From positions 32,001-96,000 of the forward strand of contig JAGWLG010000008.1 in the NCBI GenBank assembly GCA_028864975.1: a DNA stretch of 64,000 nt, written 5' to 3'. A program made the translations under genes and the position numbers. The stretch comes from Thermoplasmata archaeon. Its GTDB lineage: Archaea; Thermoplasmatota; Thermoplasmata; Lutacidiplasmatales; UBA184. Positions 35,925 through 45,250 of this stretch are shown piece by piece (position 1 is the first letter of the stretch; each line of letters begins with the position of its first letter). A model generated the notes under the pieces. It was not told the DNA's origin. It made no database searches and worked only from the letters and a program-made list of their open reading frames with translations.

Positions 35925-36485
35925 GCCGGGTCACGTTCCGGGATGGAGAGGTCCTGGAGACCGGGCGCAGCCGTGTCCGCGGTTTTCTCCGAGGTCCGCT
36001 CACCCTCGACCGCGCGATTTCGCGCCAGGAAGAGCATGTCCAGGCCCGCCGGCGCATCGTCGAAGCCCTCTTCCCCCGGAGACCTGTCCCACCGGAAGGG
36101 AGGCGCCCATGAGCCACCGGATGGGTACGCGCAGCGCGGAGCCCATTGGCGGACCCCAGGCCCGGGCCGTCAGCATGGCCCAGCAATCGTTTCGCAACCT
36201 CTTCGACCAGCGCGAGAAGATGGCGGAGGAGCGCAGGGTTCAAGTGGACCAGTTCCTCTCACGTATCCAGGACGTCGTGCGCAGGAGGAAGTGAGAGAAT
36301 CATGCCGCTGCTGCTCCGCATCATCAACGCCGCGAGAGAGACCCACGCGACGAACGTCGCCGCGCGCAAGGCGTCCACCGACAAGGCCGTCGAACGGGGG
36401 AACGTCGTCGCTGACCGCACCACGGAAGTGGTCACCCGACCGCTCACCCGCGCCGGGGTCCGGTAGAGGAAGGAGGAGAAGGACA

Positions 36486-37391
36486 ATGGCCGGGAGCGCG
36501 TTCGGGGAAATCCAGGGAGAGTTCGCCACGACCGACGAGCGGCAGCGTCAGCGCGCCGCGCAGCGCGAGCAGGACCTCCGCCAGATGGCCCAGAACCTCC
36601 GGCGTCGGGCCGGGGTAGTAGAGCTTGGGGTGCTGCAACAGGGCCATGTCGTTGTCAGCGCCGCTGACCGCGCATACAGCGAGCAACTCCGCTCCCGCGC
36701 TCAGGCCCTCGACCAGCGCGCGGACGAAATCCAGCGCCGCGGTACCCTCTACCAGCCCGGAGAGTTCCTCCCCTCCGCCCAGGGCTTCGCCTACGGGGAA
36801 GAGCAGGAGCAGCGCGCCCGGCACCTCCCCTACACCGCCGCGAACCGGTGGGTGACCCGGGGAGAGGAACTCGGGCGCGGGTTCGCCTCCGGGACCGGGC
36901 TCGCGCAGCCTCCTCGCCGGCCGGGCCGGCCCAAGGTCTCCGACCACGACGTCTCCATCTGCCAGGGGGCCGTCGGTAGCTACAACGTCACCGACCACGC
37001 TTACCTCCTCGTCGCCGACCTCTCCGACGTCCGGAACGAGCTACGCGAGGCCGAACGCCTGCGCGCCCACTTCCCCAAGGTTCCCCGGTCCTCCGAGTGC
37101 GCGGAGCAGCGCGCCGCGAACCAGTTCTCCCGTTCCTTCGGCACTGTCGGCCTCATCGGGGAGGACCTGGAACTCCTCACGCTCTGGGTACCCCGGAACG
37201 ACATCGACCGGGTCAACTCCAAGCTGGGGCAACTGGAGGTGGACCTGCGCTCGGTCCCGGAGGGCGAACTCCCCACGCTCACCGGAGCGGACATCCTGAT
37301 GGACCGGGCCCAGGAAATCCGGGGCATGGTGGACATGGCCGTCTCCCGCGGCATCGCCAACTGCATCGCGTCCAGCATGGGAGGTGGATAG
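36486..37391 (+). CDS. Helical paralog A (SxxIAxC family)
   Basis: ICQGAVGSY ... SRGIANCIA. Confidence 0.7.
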   Translation: MAGSAFGEIQGEFATTDERQRQRAAQREQDLRQMAQNLRRRAGVVELGVLQQGHVVVSAADRAYSEQLRSRAQALDQRADEIQRRGTLYQPGEFLPSAQGFAYGEEQEQRARHLPYTAANRWVTRGEELGRGFASGTGLAQPPRRPGRPKVSDHDVSICQGAVGSYNVTDHAYLLVADLSDVRNELREAERLRAHFPKVPRSSECAEQRAANQFSRSFGTVGLIGEDLELLTLWVPRNDIDRVNSKLGQLEVDLRSVPEGELPTLTGADILMDRAQEIRGMVDMAVSRGIANCIASSMGGG

Positions 37392-37392
37392 G

Positions 37393-37878
37393 GTGGTGCA
37401 GATTCCATCCCGGACCTCGGTCCTCGCCAATCAGGTCGAGACCTGCCAGAGAGCCCTCGGTGACTACGACGCCATCCTCCGATTCGACCGGTTGCGCGTT
37501 GACCTCAACCGGGCCGCGTCGTTCCTACGCGATTTTCACGAGGCGGAGGCGCCCGGATTTTCAGAGCCGGCCATACGGTTCTTGAATGAGGCTAATGTCG
37601 CCTTGGACCGGGCCATGCACGAAGCGGACCTGGCGGATGGGTCGCTGGCACCCTTCTACGACATTTTCGACACCCCGGAAGTCAACGAGGCCAGGGCGGG
37701 TGTCCATCGTATCCGTGACGCCCTTCGTGACCTCCCGTTGCCGTCCGTCGAGACTCCTGCCGCAGCGTCCAGGGTCGGCGAACTCACTAGCGCTGCCGGC
37801 CGGGTCGAGGACCTGGTCAAGTCCCTCACCTCCCGCGCCATCGCCACCTGCCTCGCACGGTCCATGGAGGCCCCATGA
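37393..37878 (+). CDS. Helical paralog B (SxxIAxC family)
   Basis: TCQRALGDY ... SRAIATCLA. Confidence 0.7.
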   Translation: MVQIPSRTSVLANQVETCQRALGDYDAILRFDRLRVDLNRAASFLRDFHEAEAPGFSEPAIRFLNEANVALDRAMHEADLADGSLAPFYDIFDTPEVNEARAGVHRIRDALRDLPLPSVETPAAASRVGELTSAAGRVEDLVKSLTSRAIATCLARSMEAP

Positions 37879-38156
37879 GCTACCCACGAGCACGGATGTA
37901 CCAACAGCCACCGGCGCCAGCGCTTTCGAGAGAAATGACCCCCGAGGAGTTCTGTGAGGCCCTCGAACTGACCCTCTCCGAAACCGTTCCGGAGAGACAG
38001 GTGCGGGGAGCGGTACAGGCGTGCCGAACGACCTTCGACGGCCTGGCCGCGGCGGCAGAGGTCACCGCCGAGCACGAGATGGGTGGGCGACGCGCTCCAA
38101 CGGTGGAGCCCTTCGTCGGGTTCAAGGTTGCGACCCGTCGTCAACTGCCTCGCTAG
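37875..38156 (+). CDS. Small protein with EFCEA helical-hairpin motif
   Basis: EEFCEALE...VQAC resembles ORFs 20320 and 21045. Confidence 0.6.
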   Translation: MSYPRARMYQQPPAPALSREMTPEEFCEALELTLSETVPERQVRGAVQACRTTFDGLAAAAEVTAEHEMGGRRAPTVEPFVGFKVATRRQLPR

Positions 38157-38174
38157 GTCCATCGAGGGAAGCTG

Positions 38175-38681
38175 ATGCCGGTTACCGTTCTCCCCTTGCT
38201 GGACCGCCGGGTTCAGCACTGCCTCTACGACGTCGGGGTCTACGGGACCCTTCCCAAGGCCCACGAACTCCACGAGAACGTGCGCCTGCTCTACGGCGCC
38301 GTGGCTCTGCGCGAGAACCTGCCTTCCAACTACCCGGAGCGCCCGAACATCGACGAACGGGTCGAGGTCTTCCGCCTCGTCGCCGATGCCGACGCCGAGT
38401 CCCTCGCCCGGCTGGTCTCCTCCCTCGTCGGCAACGCGCCCCTCAAGGACGTGGACTCCATCCGGAACGAGCTAGGGTCCCTTGAGGAGATGCTCCACAC
38501 CCTCCGTGGTCCTCGCATCACGCAGGCCCAGGCCAGTGAGTTCGCACGGATGTCCGAGGACATCCAGCGCCGGGTGGACCGGGCCACGAGCGCCGGCATC
38601 GCCCGGTGCCTCGCGCGCACGTTCGAGCAGGAGCAGCAACTCCCACCGGAGATTCGCGCTGCTGCGGCTGGGGGAGGCTGA
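38175..38681 (+). CDS. Helical paralog C (SxxIAxC family)
   Basis: HCLYDVGVY ... SAGIARCLA. Confidence 0.7.
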   Translation: MPVTVLPLLDRRVQHCLYDVGVYGTLPKAHELHENVRLLYGAVALRENLPSNYPERPNIDERVEVFRLVADADAESLARLVSSLVGNAPLKDVDSIRNELGSLEEMLHTLRGPRITQAQASEFARMSEDIQRRVDRATSAGIARCLARTFEQEQQLPPEIRAAAAGGG

Positions 38682-38685
38682 AACC

Positions 38686-39138
38686 ATGCTCGCTCAACCT
38701 GCCTCCCGCCGACAGACCGCCATCCTCCTCTGCCGGGCCCTCGCCGTCAACCTCGCCGAGAACACCCACGCCCTCGAAAAGCTGGAGAAGGAGTTCTACA
38801 CCGAAGCCCGACGCGCCGAGCGCAAGAACCCCAAGGAACCGGACTACCTCCGGGCCCTCCGGGACACTGTGAAGCGCGACGAGCAGGCCGTCGAACTCTG
38901 CGAGTCACTCAAGGCGTCGTTCCCGGTGCCCCCCAGCCGCGCTACGTTCCTACCCACCACCCGGGAGAACCCCTTCCGCGGGGGAATCGTTCCCGCGGGC
39001 ACCCGCGTCGCCGAGGAGAACCCCTTCGACCCCGCGGACTGGGCCGTATTCCCCCAGGAGCCTCCTCGTGAGTGCCCCCCGGGCTCCGCCTGCTCACTCC
39101 GGCCCCTGGTGCAGCGACGGAGGGTCGTCTTCGTCTGA
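38686..39138 (+). CDS. Hypothetical helical protein with Cys pair
   Basis: LLCRALA...ELCESL; GGGAGG RBS. Confidence 0.6.
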   Translation: MLAQPASRRQTAILLCRALAVNLAENTHALEKLEKEFYTEARRAERKNPKEPDYLRALRDTVKRDEQAVELCESLKASFPVPPSRATFLPTTRENPFRGGIVPAGTRVAEENPFDPADWAVFPQEPPRECPPGSACSLRPLVQRRRVVFV

Positions 39139-39422
39139 TGAAGTGGAACCCGCTGGACCCGGCACTGAACTTCGCCATCGAGCATGCCGCCATCGGCTTC
39201 GGGTACCTCGTCGCCATCTACGTCGTCCTCCTTCACATCGGACTCTTCTGGTTCCTCCTCGCCCTCGCCATCTTCGTCACCGTCATCGTCACCAAGGAAA
39301 CGTACTGGGACCCCCGGCATGAGAAGAACCCACCCCAGCCCTTCCTCTGGATGGGCGCGCGGGACCTCTTCTTCTACGCCGTCGGACTCCTGCTCGCGGC
39401 GCCCATCGTCCTTTTCCACTAG
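39138..39422 (+). CDS. Small multi-pass membrane protein
   Basis: Three hydrophobic segments; TGATG overlap with the preceding gene. Confidence 0.7.
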   Translation: MKWNPLDPALNFAIEHAAIGFGYLVAIYVVLLHIGLFWFLLALAIFVTVIVTKETYWDPRHEKNPPQPFLWMGARDLFFYAVGLLLAAPIVLFH

Positions 39423-39441
39423 CCGGATTCCCGGGGACCCC

Positions 39442-39825
39442 GTGCCCTTCAACCGGAAGACCGCCTGGCAGCTTCTCGTCAAGGGCGCTGTGTACCGCCC
39501 CTTCGCCATCGCGCTGGAGGTCCTCGCCACCTACCTGTGGTTCCACGGCTCTCTGACCTTCACGCTGCTCTTTGCGCCCGTCATCCTCATCACGAACTTC
39601 ATGCGGTTCGTGGGGTACGTCCTGTACGACTTCGTCTGGGCGAACCTGGTCCAGACCCGGTGGCACCTCAAGCAGCGGGGCCTCCACCGGCTCCATCTCA
39701 ACGGGAACGGGAATGGCAACCCCGCGCCCCAGGCTCAGCCGGCCCCCACCCCCCTCGAAGAACTGGAGAAGGAGGTAGAGAGCCTCTTTACGCAGCCGCC
39801 GACTTCCGGGGAACCGGGCACGTAG
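39442..39825 (+). CDS. DUF2061-like membrane protein
   Basis: LLVKGAVYRPFA...GYVLYDFVW pattern. Confidence 0.55.
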   Translation: MPFNRKTAWQLLVKGAVYRPFAIALEVLATYLWFHGSLTFTLLFAPVILITNFMRFVGYVLYDFVWANLVQTRWHLKQRGLHRLHLNGNGNGNPAPQAQPAPTPLEELEKEVESLFTQPPTSGEPGT

Positions 39826-39888
39826 CGCAGCAGGAGGCGCGTCTCGACGGCATCGAGAAGGCCGCGGGTTCGATTCCCGCCGTGTCCA
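39816..39888 (+). tRNA. tRNA-Ala(GGC) with non-canonical C33
   Basis: Full cloverleaf: acceptor GGGCACG/CGTGTCC with G3:U70 and A73; D stem GCGC/GCGC; anticodon stem TCTCG/CGAGA with loop ACGGCAT; T arm GCGGG-TTCGATT-CCCGC. No encoded CCA. Confidence 0.85.
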
Positions 39889-39895
39889 CTCAAAG

Positions 39896-40477
39896 ATGAC
39901 TCACCGCGAACGCCGGCGCCAAGCGTGGGCTGCACCCCGCCCGACCCAACCGGTCGGACTTCCCCCGATTGTTCGGACCCCGCCTCCTGCTCCGATGCCA
40001 CCTGCCCCGCCACCCGCACCCCTGCCCGCCCCCATCATCGCACCTCCTCCTGCCCCGGTCAATCCTGCCCGTCCCCCGACTCCTCCCCCGCGCCCGGTGC
40101 CCCCTCCGGCTCAGACACCTAGCCAGCCCCCGGCACCTCCCGACCTCGATGCCACTCTCGGTACGGACGACAAGTGGCTCTCGTTCGACCCGCAGCGTCG
40201 CCCGGTCCACCTCTTCTCCTTCTACTGTCCCTGCGGTCGTCGCTCCCACATCTTCGTCTCCATGACGGCCCAGTTCTCCTTCCCAAACCACTTTCCGGAG
40301 GGCACCAAGCCCACCCGGGACCTGAACGTCTGGTTCGCCCGGGTCGATGGCGACCGGCTCAGTATCTCGCCCTCCATTGGCCTCCAGCAGGTCGATGGCC
40401 ATAGCAACACCGAGAAGTGTCACCTCGTTCTGACCAACATCCCTTTCAGGTGGGACAAGCCGGATTCGGCTGGTTGA
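39896..40477 (+). CDS. Pro-rich protein with DUF6527-like C-terminal domain
   Basis: CPCG...W...LSISPSI...CH. Confidence 0.55.
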   Translation: MTHRERRRQAWAAPRPTQPVGLPPIVRTPPPAPMPPAPPPAPLPAPIIAPPPAPVNPARPPTPPPRPVPPPAQTPSQPPAPPDLDATLGTDDKWLSFDPQRRPVHLFSFYCPCGRRSHIFVSMTAQFSFPNHFPEGTKPTRDLNVWFARVDGDRLSISPSIGLQQVDGHSNTEKCHLVLTNIPFRWDKPDSAG

Positions 40478-40491
40478 TGGGAGCCCCTCGC

Positions 40492-41010
40492 TCAGCCCTT
40501 CCGCTTCAGGGTCACGTAGTGCACGAACGACGGCCCCTTCCCCCGCTTCTTGTTGATGCGCGCGAGGTGACCGTCGCTCTGAACCCGCTTGTCCTCGACC
40601 ACGGTGAACCCCGTGAGCAGCACCTCTAGGTCCCCCCGGTCCACCATTCGCCCGTGCGACCGGCTCCCGTCCGGGACCTTGAAGTGCAGTAGGCCCCCCG
40701 GCTCCAGGACACGCCCGAACTCCCCGTTGACCTTCTCCAGGAACTGGAACCACTCTGCGAACGTTCCCCACCGCGAGAACCGCCCGTAGTCCGGGATGTA
40801 GGAGAGGTCCGAGACCCACTTCTTGCCCCGGCCGACGAGGTGCGGGGGGTCGCAGTAGACCTCGCTGAACGCTCCCTCCTTGAACGGCAGCCGGGTGTCG
40901 TCCGCGAGAACGTCCGGCCGGGCGCCCTTGGCCACGTCCACCCGAACGTCCGCGCGCTCGGGCCACGCTCGCTTCTGGGAACACGTTGAATCGAGCACGA
41001 GGCCGGTCAC
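40492..41010 (-). CDS. Small amino-type (DPPH) SAM-dependent methyltransferase, probably DNA
   Basis: VLDSTCS, DVRVD, DDTRLPF, CDPPH and RVLEPGG. Confidence 0.75.
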   Translation of the reverse strand: MTGLVLDSTCSQKRAWPERADVRVDVAKGARPDVLADDTRLPFKEGAFSEVYCDPPHLVGRGKKWVSDLSYIPDYGRFSRWGTFAEWFQFLEKVNGEFGRVLEPGGLLHFKVPDGSRSHGRMVDRGDLEVLLTGFTVVEDKRVQSDGHLARINKKRGKGPSFVHYVTLKRKG

Positions 41011-41171
41011 GTTGCTCCTCCCCCCCCGCAGCTTCGGCAGAAGCAGAGCGTCGTTATCAGGCCGTAGGTGTGGTCGTGGACCCGGTGCTCCCCCTCGCTC
41101 GACCCCAACACCATCCAGCACTCGGCGCAGGAGCAGTTGGAGCAATCGTGGTAGGCCGGACTTCCGCTCAC
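41007..41171 (-). CDS. Small Cys/His zinc-binding protein
   Basis: HDCSNCSCAECWMVLG...CFCRSC. Confidence 0.5.
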   Translation of the reverse strand: MSGSPAYHDCSNCSCAECWMVLGSSEGEHRVHDHTYGLITTLCFCRSCGGGGAT

Positions 41172-41494
41172 GGGCCTCCTTGGGTCTCTGGAGGCGGTGC
41201 TCCCTCCCGGGGCCAATCCACCTTCGCGCGGCGTCTCCTCTTCATCACCCCGGCCCAGGCCAGCAACGTGAACACCCAGAGTATCACCACCAGCAGAATG
41301 GCCGGAGGGAGCACCGTGAACCCGCTCCCCGCTCCCTTGGTGCCGTTCCCTGCCGGGGGTGACGGTTGGACGATGACGACGGAGGGGTGCGTCGCCGACC
41401 ACACCGCGGCGAACGTGCTGATGGCGGTCAAGAGGAACGAGCCCAGCGTCAGCCGGTCCACGGGCTTCCGGCGCCGCTTGTGCAAGGTGCGCAC
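41168..41494 (-). CDS. 2-TM membrane protein with basic ends
   Basis: Two hydrophobic helices flanked by Arg/Lys clusters. Confidence 0.6.
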   Translation of the reverse strand: MRTLHKRRRKPVDRLTLGSFLLTAISTFAAVWSATHPSVVIVQPSPPAGNGTKGAGSGFTVLPPAILLVVILWVFTLLAWAGVMKRRRRAKVDWPREGAPPPETQGGP

Positions 41495-41611
41495 GGGGCC
41501 GGGAAAGGCCCCCCGGGGTCTTAGTCTGAGCGGTTGCCGAGTCCCGCCAGAGAAGGTAGGATTCGCCCCTCCCGGAGCCCCCGGCGGCGGGCTTTTGTAG
41601 TGGTTTTACCT

Positions 41612-42316
41612 ATGCCCACCCTGCACATGGTAACGCCCCGGAGGCACCGGCGACGCCGCAGCAAGCGGTCTCACCACGCCAAGACCCCCAGCCGCTACCG
41701 TACCGGGCAGGACGCTCTCACCACTGAGGAGATGGAGCGCCTCCTGGGGGCATGCGAGAACTTGGAAGAGTCGGCGCTCCTTTCCTTGGCGGTCTTTGGC
41801 GGTCTACGTCGTGAGGACATCGTGGGGGTCGAGCGTGGCCGGGTCCAGCGGGTGGTTCACAACGGCAAGGTCCTTGCCGAGGTCAAGTTCTGGGAGCACA
41901 AGAAGAGACGCGACTACACCATCTGGGTCGCGGAGGACGCTGCTAAGCAGGTCCTCTTCCAGTTGGCTGCTACCCAGGACTCACGATGGCTCTTCCCCGG
42001 GCATCAGAAGGGGCATGGCCATCTGGCGAGCAAGAGTGCCTACAACCTCCTCCAACGGGTCTTGGTCCGGGCTGGGCTTCGTAAGCGCCCGTTCCACGCT
42101 CTTCGGGCCACCTGCATCAAGGACTGCAAGCGGAAGGGGTTGAGCATCGAGGACACCATGGCGCTCACCGGCGACTCCTTCCGGGTCATCCACGAGCACT
42201 ACCTCACCCCCTCCGATGACGAGATGAAGGATGCAGCGACCCGGCGTCACTTGCCTCCCAGCTACGTGCAGGGCCGCCCTCCGCCCGTCACTGAGCCGGC
42301 AGTGGAGTCCCCATGA
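41612..42316 (+). CDS. Tyrosine recombinase, catalytic domain only
   Basis: GLRREDI (R), FHALR (HxxR) and HEHY (Tyr). The second His/Trp position is Asp (TGDS). No N-terminal core-binding domain. Confidence 0.8.
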   Translation: MPTLHMVTPRRHRRRRSKRSHHAKTPSRYRTGQDALTTEEMERLLGACENLEESALLSLAVFGGLRREDIVGVERGRVQRVVHNGKVLAEVKFWEHKKRRDYTIWVAEDAAKQVLFQLAATQDSRWLFPGHQKGHGHLASKSAYNLLQRVLVRAGLRKRPFHALRATCIKDCKRKGLSIEDTMALTGDSFRVIHEHYLTPSDDEMKDAATRRHLPPSYVQGRPPPVTEPAVESP

Positions 42317-42804
42317 CCCCCGACCAGTTCCAGGGCTCCTGGGCCGAGTTCGACCGGTCGAGGACGTACCGGTACTCCCTCGGTCGGGTCTGGGACCCGG
42401 CGAAGCCCCGGGTCGCGTTCGTGATGTTGAACCCGTCGGTCGCAGACCTGGACCAGTTGGACCCCACTGTTCGCCGCTGCGTCGGCTTCGCCAAGGACTG
42501 GGGCTACGGTAGTCTGGAGGTCGGGAACCTGTTCGCCATCCGCAGCACCGACCCGGTGGCGCTCTATCAACTCCACCCCGAGCCCATTGGCTGGAGCAAC
42601 GACGCCGCGCTGCTCAGGATTCAGCGGCGCTCCAAGGAGGTCATCGTCGCCTGGGGCAACCACGGATGGCACCTCGGCCGGGGGGACGCCGTCCTCGACC
42701 TCCTCCGAGCCAACGGACCGGTCCGGTGCCTGGGCTACACCAAGCAGGGCCAGCCGGCCCACCCGCTCTACCTGAAGGCGACCACGGAGAGGAGGCCCCT
42801 TTGA
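42313..42804 (+). CDS. DUF1643 family protein
   Basis: YRYSL.R.W, MLNPS.AD...DPT, NLFA, AWG and HPLY. Confidence 0.9.
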   Translation: MTPDQFQGSWAEFDRSRTYRYSLGRVWDPAKPRVAFVMLNPSVADLDQLDPTVRRCVGFAKDWGYGSLEVGNLFAIRSTDPVALYQLHPEPIGWSNDAALLRIQRRSKEVIVAWGNHGWHLGRGDAVLDLLRANGPVRCLGYTKQGQPAHPLYLKATTERRPL

Positions 42805-43182
42805 CCCCCCGTCGCCCCCTCTGGTTCCTCTGCCCCCGGTGCCGGTGGAGCATCTCGACCCGGGGACCCGCCGTCATCTTCCTGTTCCGACGCTGGGCGC
42901 ACCAGGTCCGGTGGGGGCACCCCCCCGCGCTCATGGTGCCTCCCGGCTTCGAGCGAGTTCTGGGGTTCGGCGGAGCCTATGTCGAGTTCCCGGACGGGAG
43001 CGTGCTGCCTTGAACCCTCTCCAGGACTGCGTCGTCTGCGGGAAGCCGGTCAGTCGGCACAGTCCTGACCCGGAGTGTCACGCGCATTGCCAACGAGAAC
43101 GCGAGGAGAAGGTGGCGAGGATACGACTAGCCGCGGAACAGGCTGCCCTCGAAGCGGAACGGGCGGCTGTGGAGGCAGGACC

Positions 43183-43476
43183 GTGACCTACGCCTTCAAG
43201 CCCTCGGCCTCGGGCTCCGTCGTCGTCCCCTACCCCGCCAAGATTCCTCCGGGGACCTGGGCCGTGGTCAGCGACCGGACCTTCGGCTCCCGGGTCCCCC
43301 AGGTCGTCTGCCCGCTCTGCTGCACGCCCTCGATTCTCTCCCCGGAGATTCACAGCGTCGCCGCGGATGGGACCGTCCGGCCTTCCCTCATCTGCCTACA
43401 GTACGACTTCTCGCAGCAGCCGCCGGTCAGGTGCACGTTCCACGACCACGTCATCCTGGAGGGTTGGACACCTTGA
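43183..43476 (+). CDS. DUF6527-like small protein
   Basis: CPLC...GTVRPSLIC...CTFHDHVILEGW. Confidence 0.55.
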   Translation: MTYAFKPSASGSVVVPYPAKIPPGTWAVVSDRTFGSRVPQVVCPLCCTPSILSPEIHSVAADGTVRPSLICLQYDFSQQPPVRCTFHDHVILEGWTP

Positions 43477-44658
43477 ACGACACGGCGTTCCAGTCGGCGG
43501 GCTACAACGAGCCCAAGACCTACGACTATAGGAAGACGGGTGGGACTCATCCCACCGAACACCTCGTCGTCAGGAAGGGTGTCCAGTCTGAGCGCGGGTG
43601 CTCGAAGTGTAGGCTCTCGGACATGATGGCGGTCACCTGCGGAACATGCGCCTTCGCCGATGGAACGCTCCGGTGTCAGCACTATTGCCTCTGCGACGAT
43701 GGTCCTCTTGAAACGAGGGCGTGTTGCACTTGACCCCTACATCTTCCACCAACAGCCGTCCCGGGGGGGACGGACAGCGGGGCCGGACGCTGGCTGTCAA
43801 GGGGGAAACCCCACCGGCCACCCCGCCTCCGACGGAGCCTGAGTGGGTCTCCCTGGCGAAGTGGGAGCGGGGCTCGACCCTTCGCAACGGCCGGACCACC
43901 GAGATAGTCGGCTGCCCCTTCTGCGGAGCGACTTATGTGGTCTCGGCCTGGAGCTTCGCCGGGTCGGGAAAACGCTGCACCTGTGGGGCGTTGCTGAGCC
44001 GGAACGGGGCGAGGAAATGAGGCGAGGCGGAATCAAGCTCCCGGACTACCGCGACGACCCGAGGTTCGATGCCTGGTTGAGAGAAATGTTCAGCAGCGCC
44101 CAGTATCAGAAGCTCACCGCCTACAAGATGCGGTCCATCGCAAGGAAGTTCGCCCTCGCGTGGAGAGATGGATACGTCGCTGGAGCGATGGGGGGCCGCA
44201 AGGACCAGGTCGCCGGGCTGCTTCGCCGGATGGCGAAGGACTTCGAGCGCGGGAGTGCGCCATGACGCTGGTTCTGCTCCCCCCACCCGCGAAGAAGGTG
44301 ATGTGCGGAATCGACGGGTGCCGACGGTGTATCCCCGTCCGGAGCCTCCCGCGTCACATCGGCTGGAAACACGGCAAGGACCGAATCGAGAGAGCGCGCG
44401 AGTTCCTTGCCCGAACCAAGGCTGGGCTCTGCATCGAGGGAGAGGTCAACGAACTCGTTATCTTTGCCGAGGAACTTCAGCTACAGTTGGCCCGCCCAAC
44501 GCCCGAGCCGACGAACACGACCGCCGACCCGTGGACCGTCCGGGGTGAACCGTGAGCGCTCCTGAAGAAGCTGAGACGACTCCGCCCCCCTTCGTCGAGG
44601 GACCCTGCGCGACGTGCCACGGCCACGGTAGAATCCTCTGGGGCTGCGGAGAGCCCGG

Positions 44659-45036
44659 TTGCATGGTGATTCACTGGCGCCAGTGCCCCGCTTGCCTCGG
44701 CTCCGGGAGGTTCTCTTGAGGCCCACCGACATCGGCGTGTCGATGCGCGCCGAGATTCTGGAGTACAAGAAGCGCATCCTCAAGCAGAAGGACATCTACG
44801 CCGCGTACTGGACCTTCCCACTACCGGTGACCCGGACCGTGGGCATCGGCTCCTACCTCTGGGTGGCGCAGGGAGGCCGCTGGCGCGGACACTTCACCAT
44901 CACGGAGACCGACGGCTACGACGATGACCGAATCTACGAGGTGGATTTCGACCACTGGGTCAGCGACGACCGCGGCCCCCGGCGCCCTTTTCAGGGATTC
45001 ACGTTGAAAGTCCCTCCGCGGAGGTCGCGCCGGTGA
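44659..45036 (+). CDS. PUA/ASCH-like domain protein
   Basis: YWT...GSYLWVAQGGRWRGHF...RPFQGF. Confidence 0.45.
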   Translation: MHGDSLAPVPRLPRLREVLLRPTDIGVSMRAEILEYKKRILKQKDIYAAYWTFPLPVTRTVGIGSYLWVAQGGRWRGHFTITETDGYDDDRIYEVDFDHWVSDDRGPRRPFQGFTLKVPPRRSRR

Positions 45037-45250
45037 GCGAACCCGTTCCCCTGACGGCTGAGACCGCCAAGGTGGGCCAAAGGGTGTGGACTCCACGGTC
45101 CACGGCCTCGGCTGAACGCATCGTCGGAGTCTTGGTCATCGTCGAGCCCTCTCGCCTGGTGGTGCTCGCCGACGGACCGGATACGCTCCCGCGACAGGCC
45201 CGGATTTTTGAGCGATGGAACCTTCCGGTGTACGCTTGCCAGGAGGAACC

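Noticed and set aside
39816-42316. attL/attR prophage boundary at the tRNA
   Set aside because: No second copy of the tRNA 3' end was seen in the window, and genes on both sides look viral.
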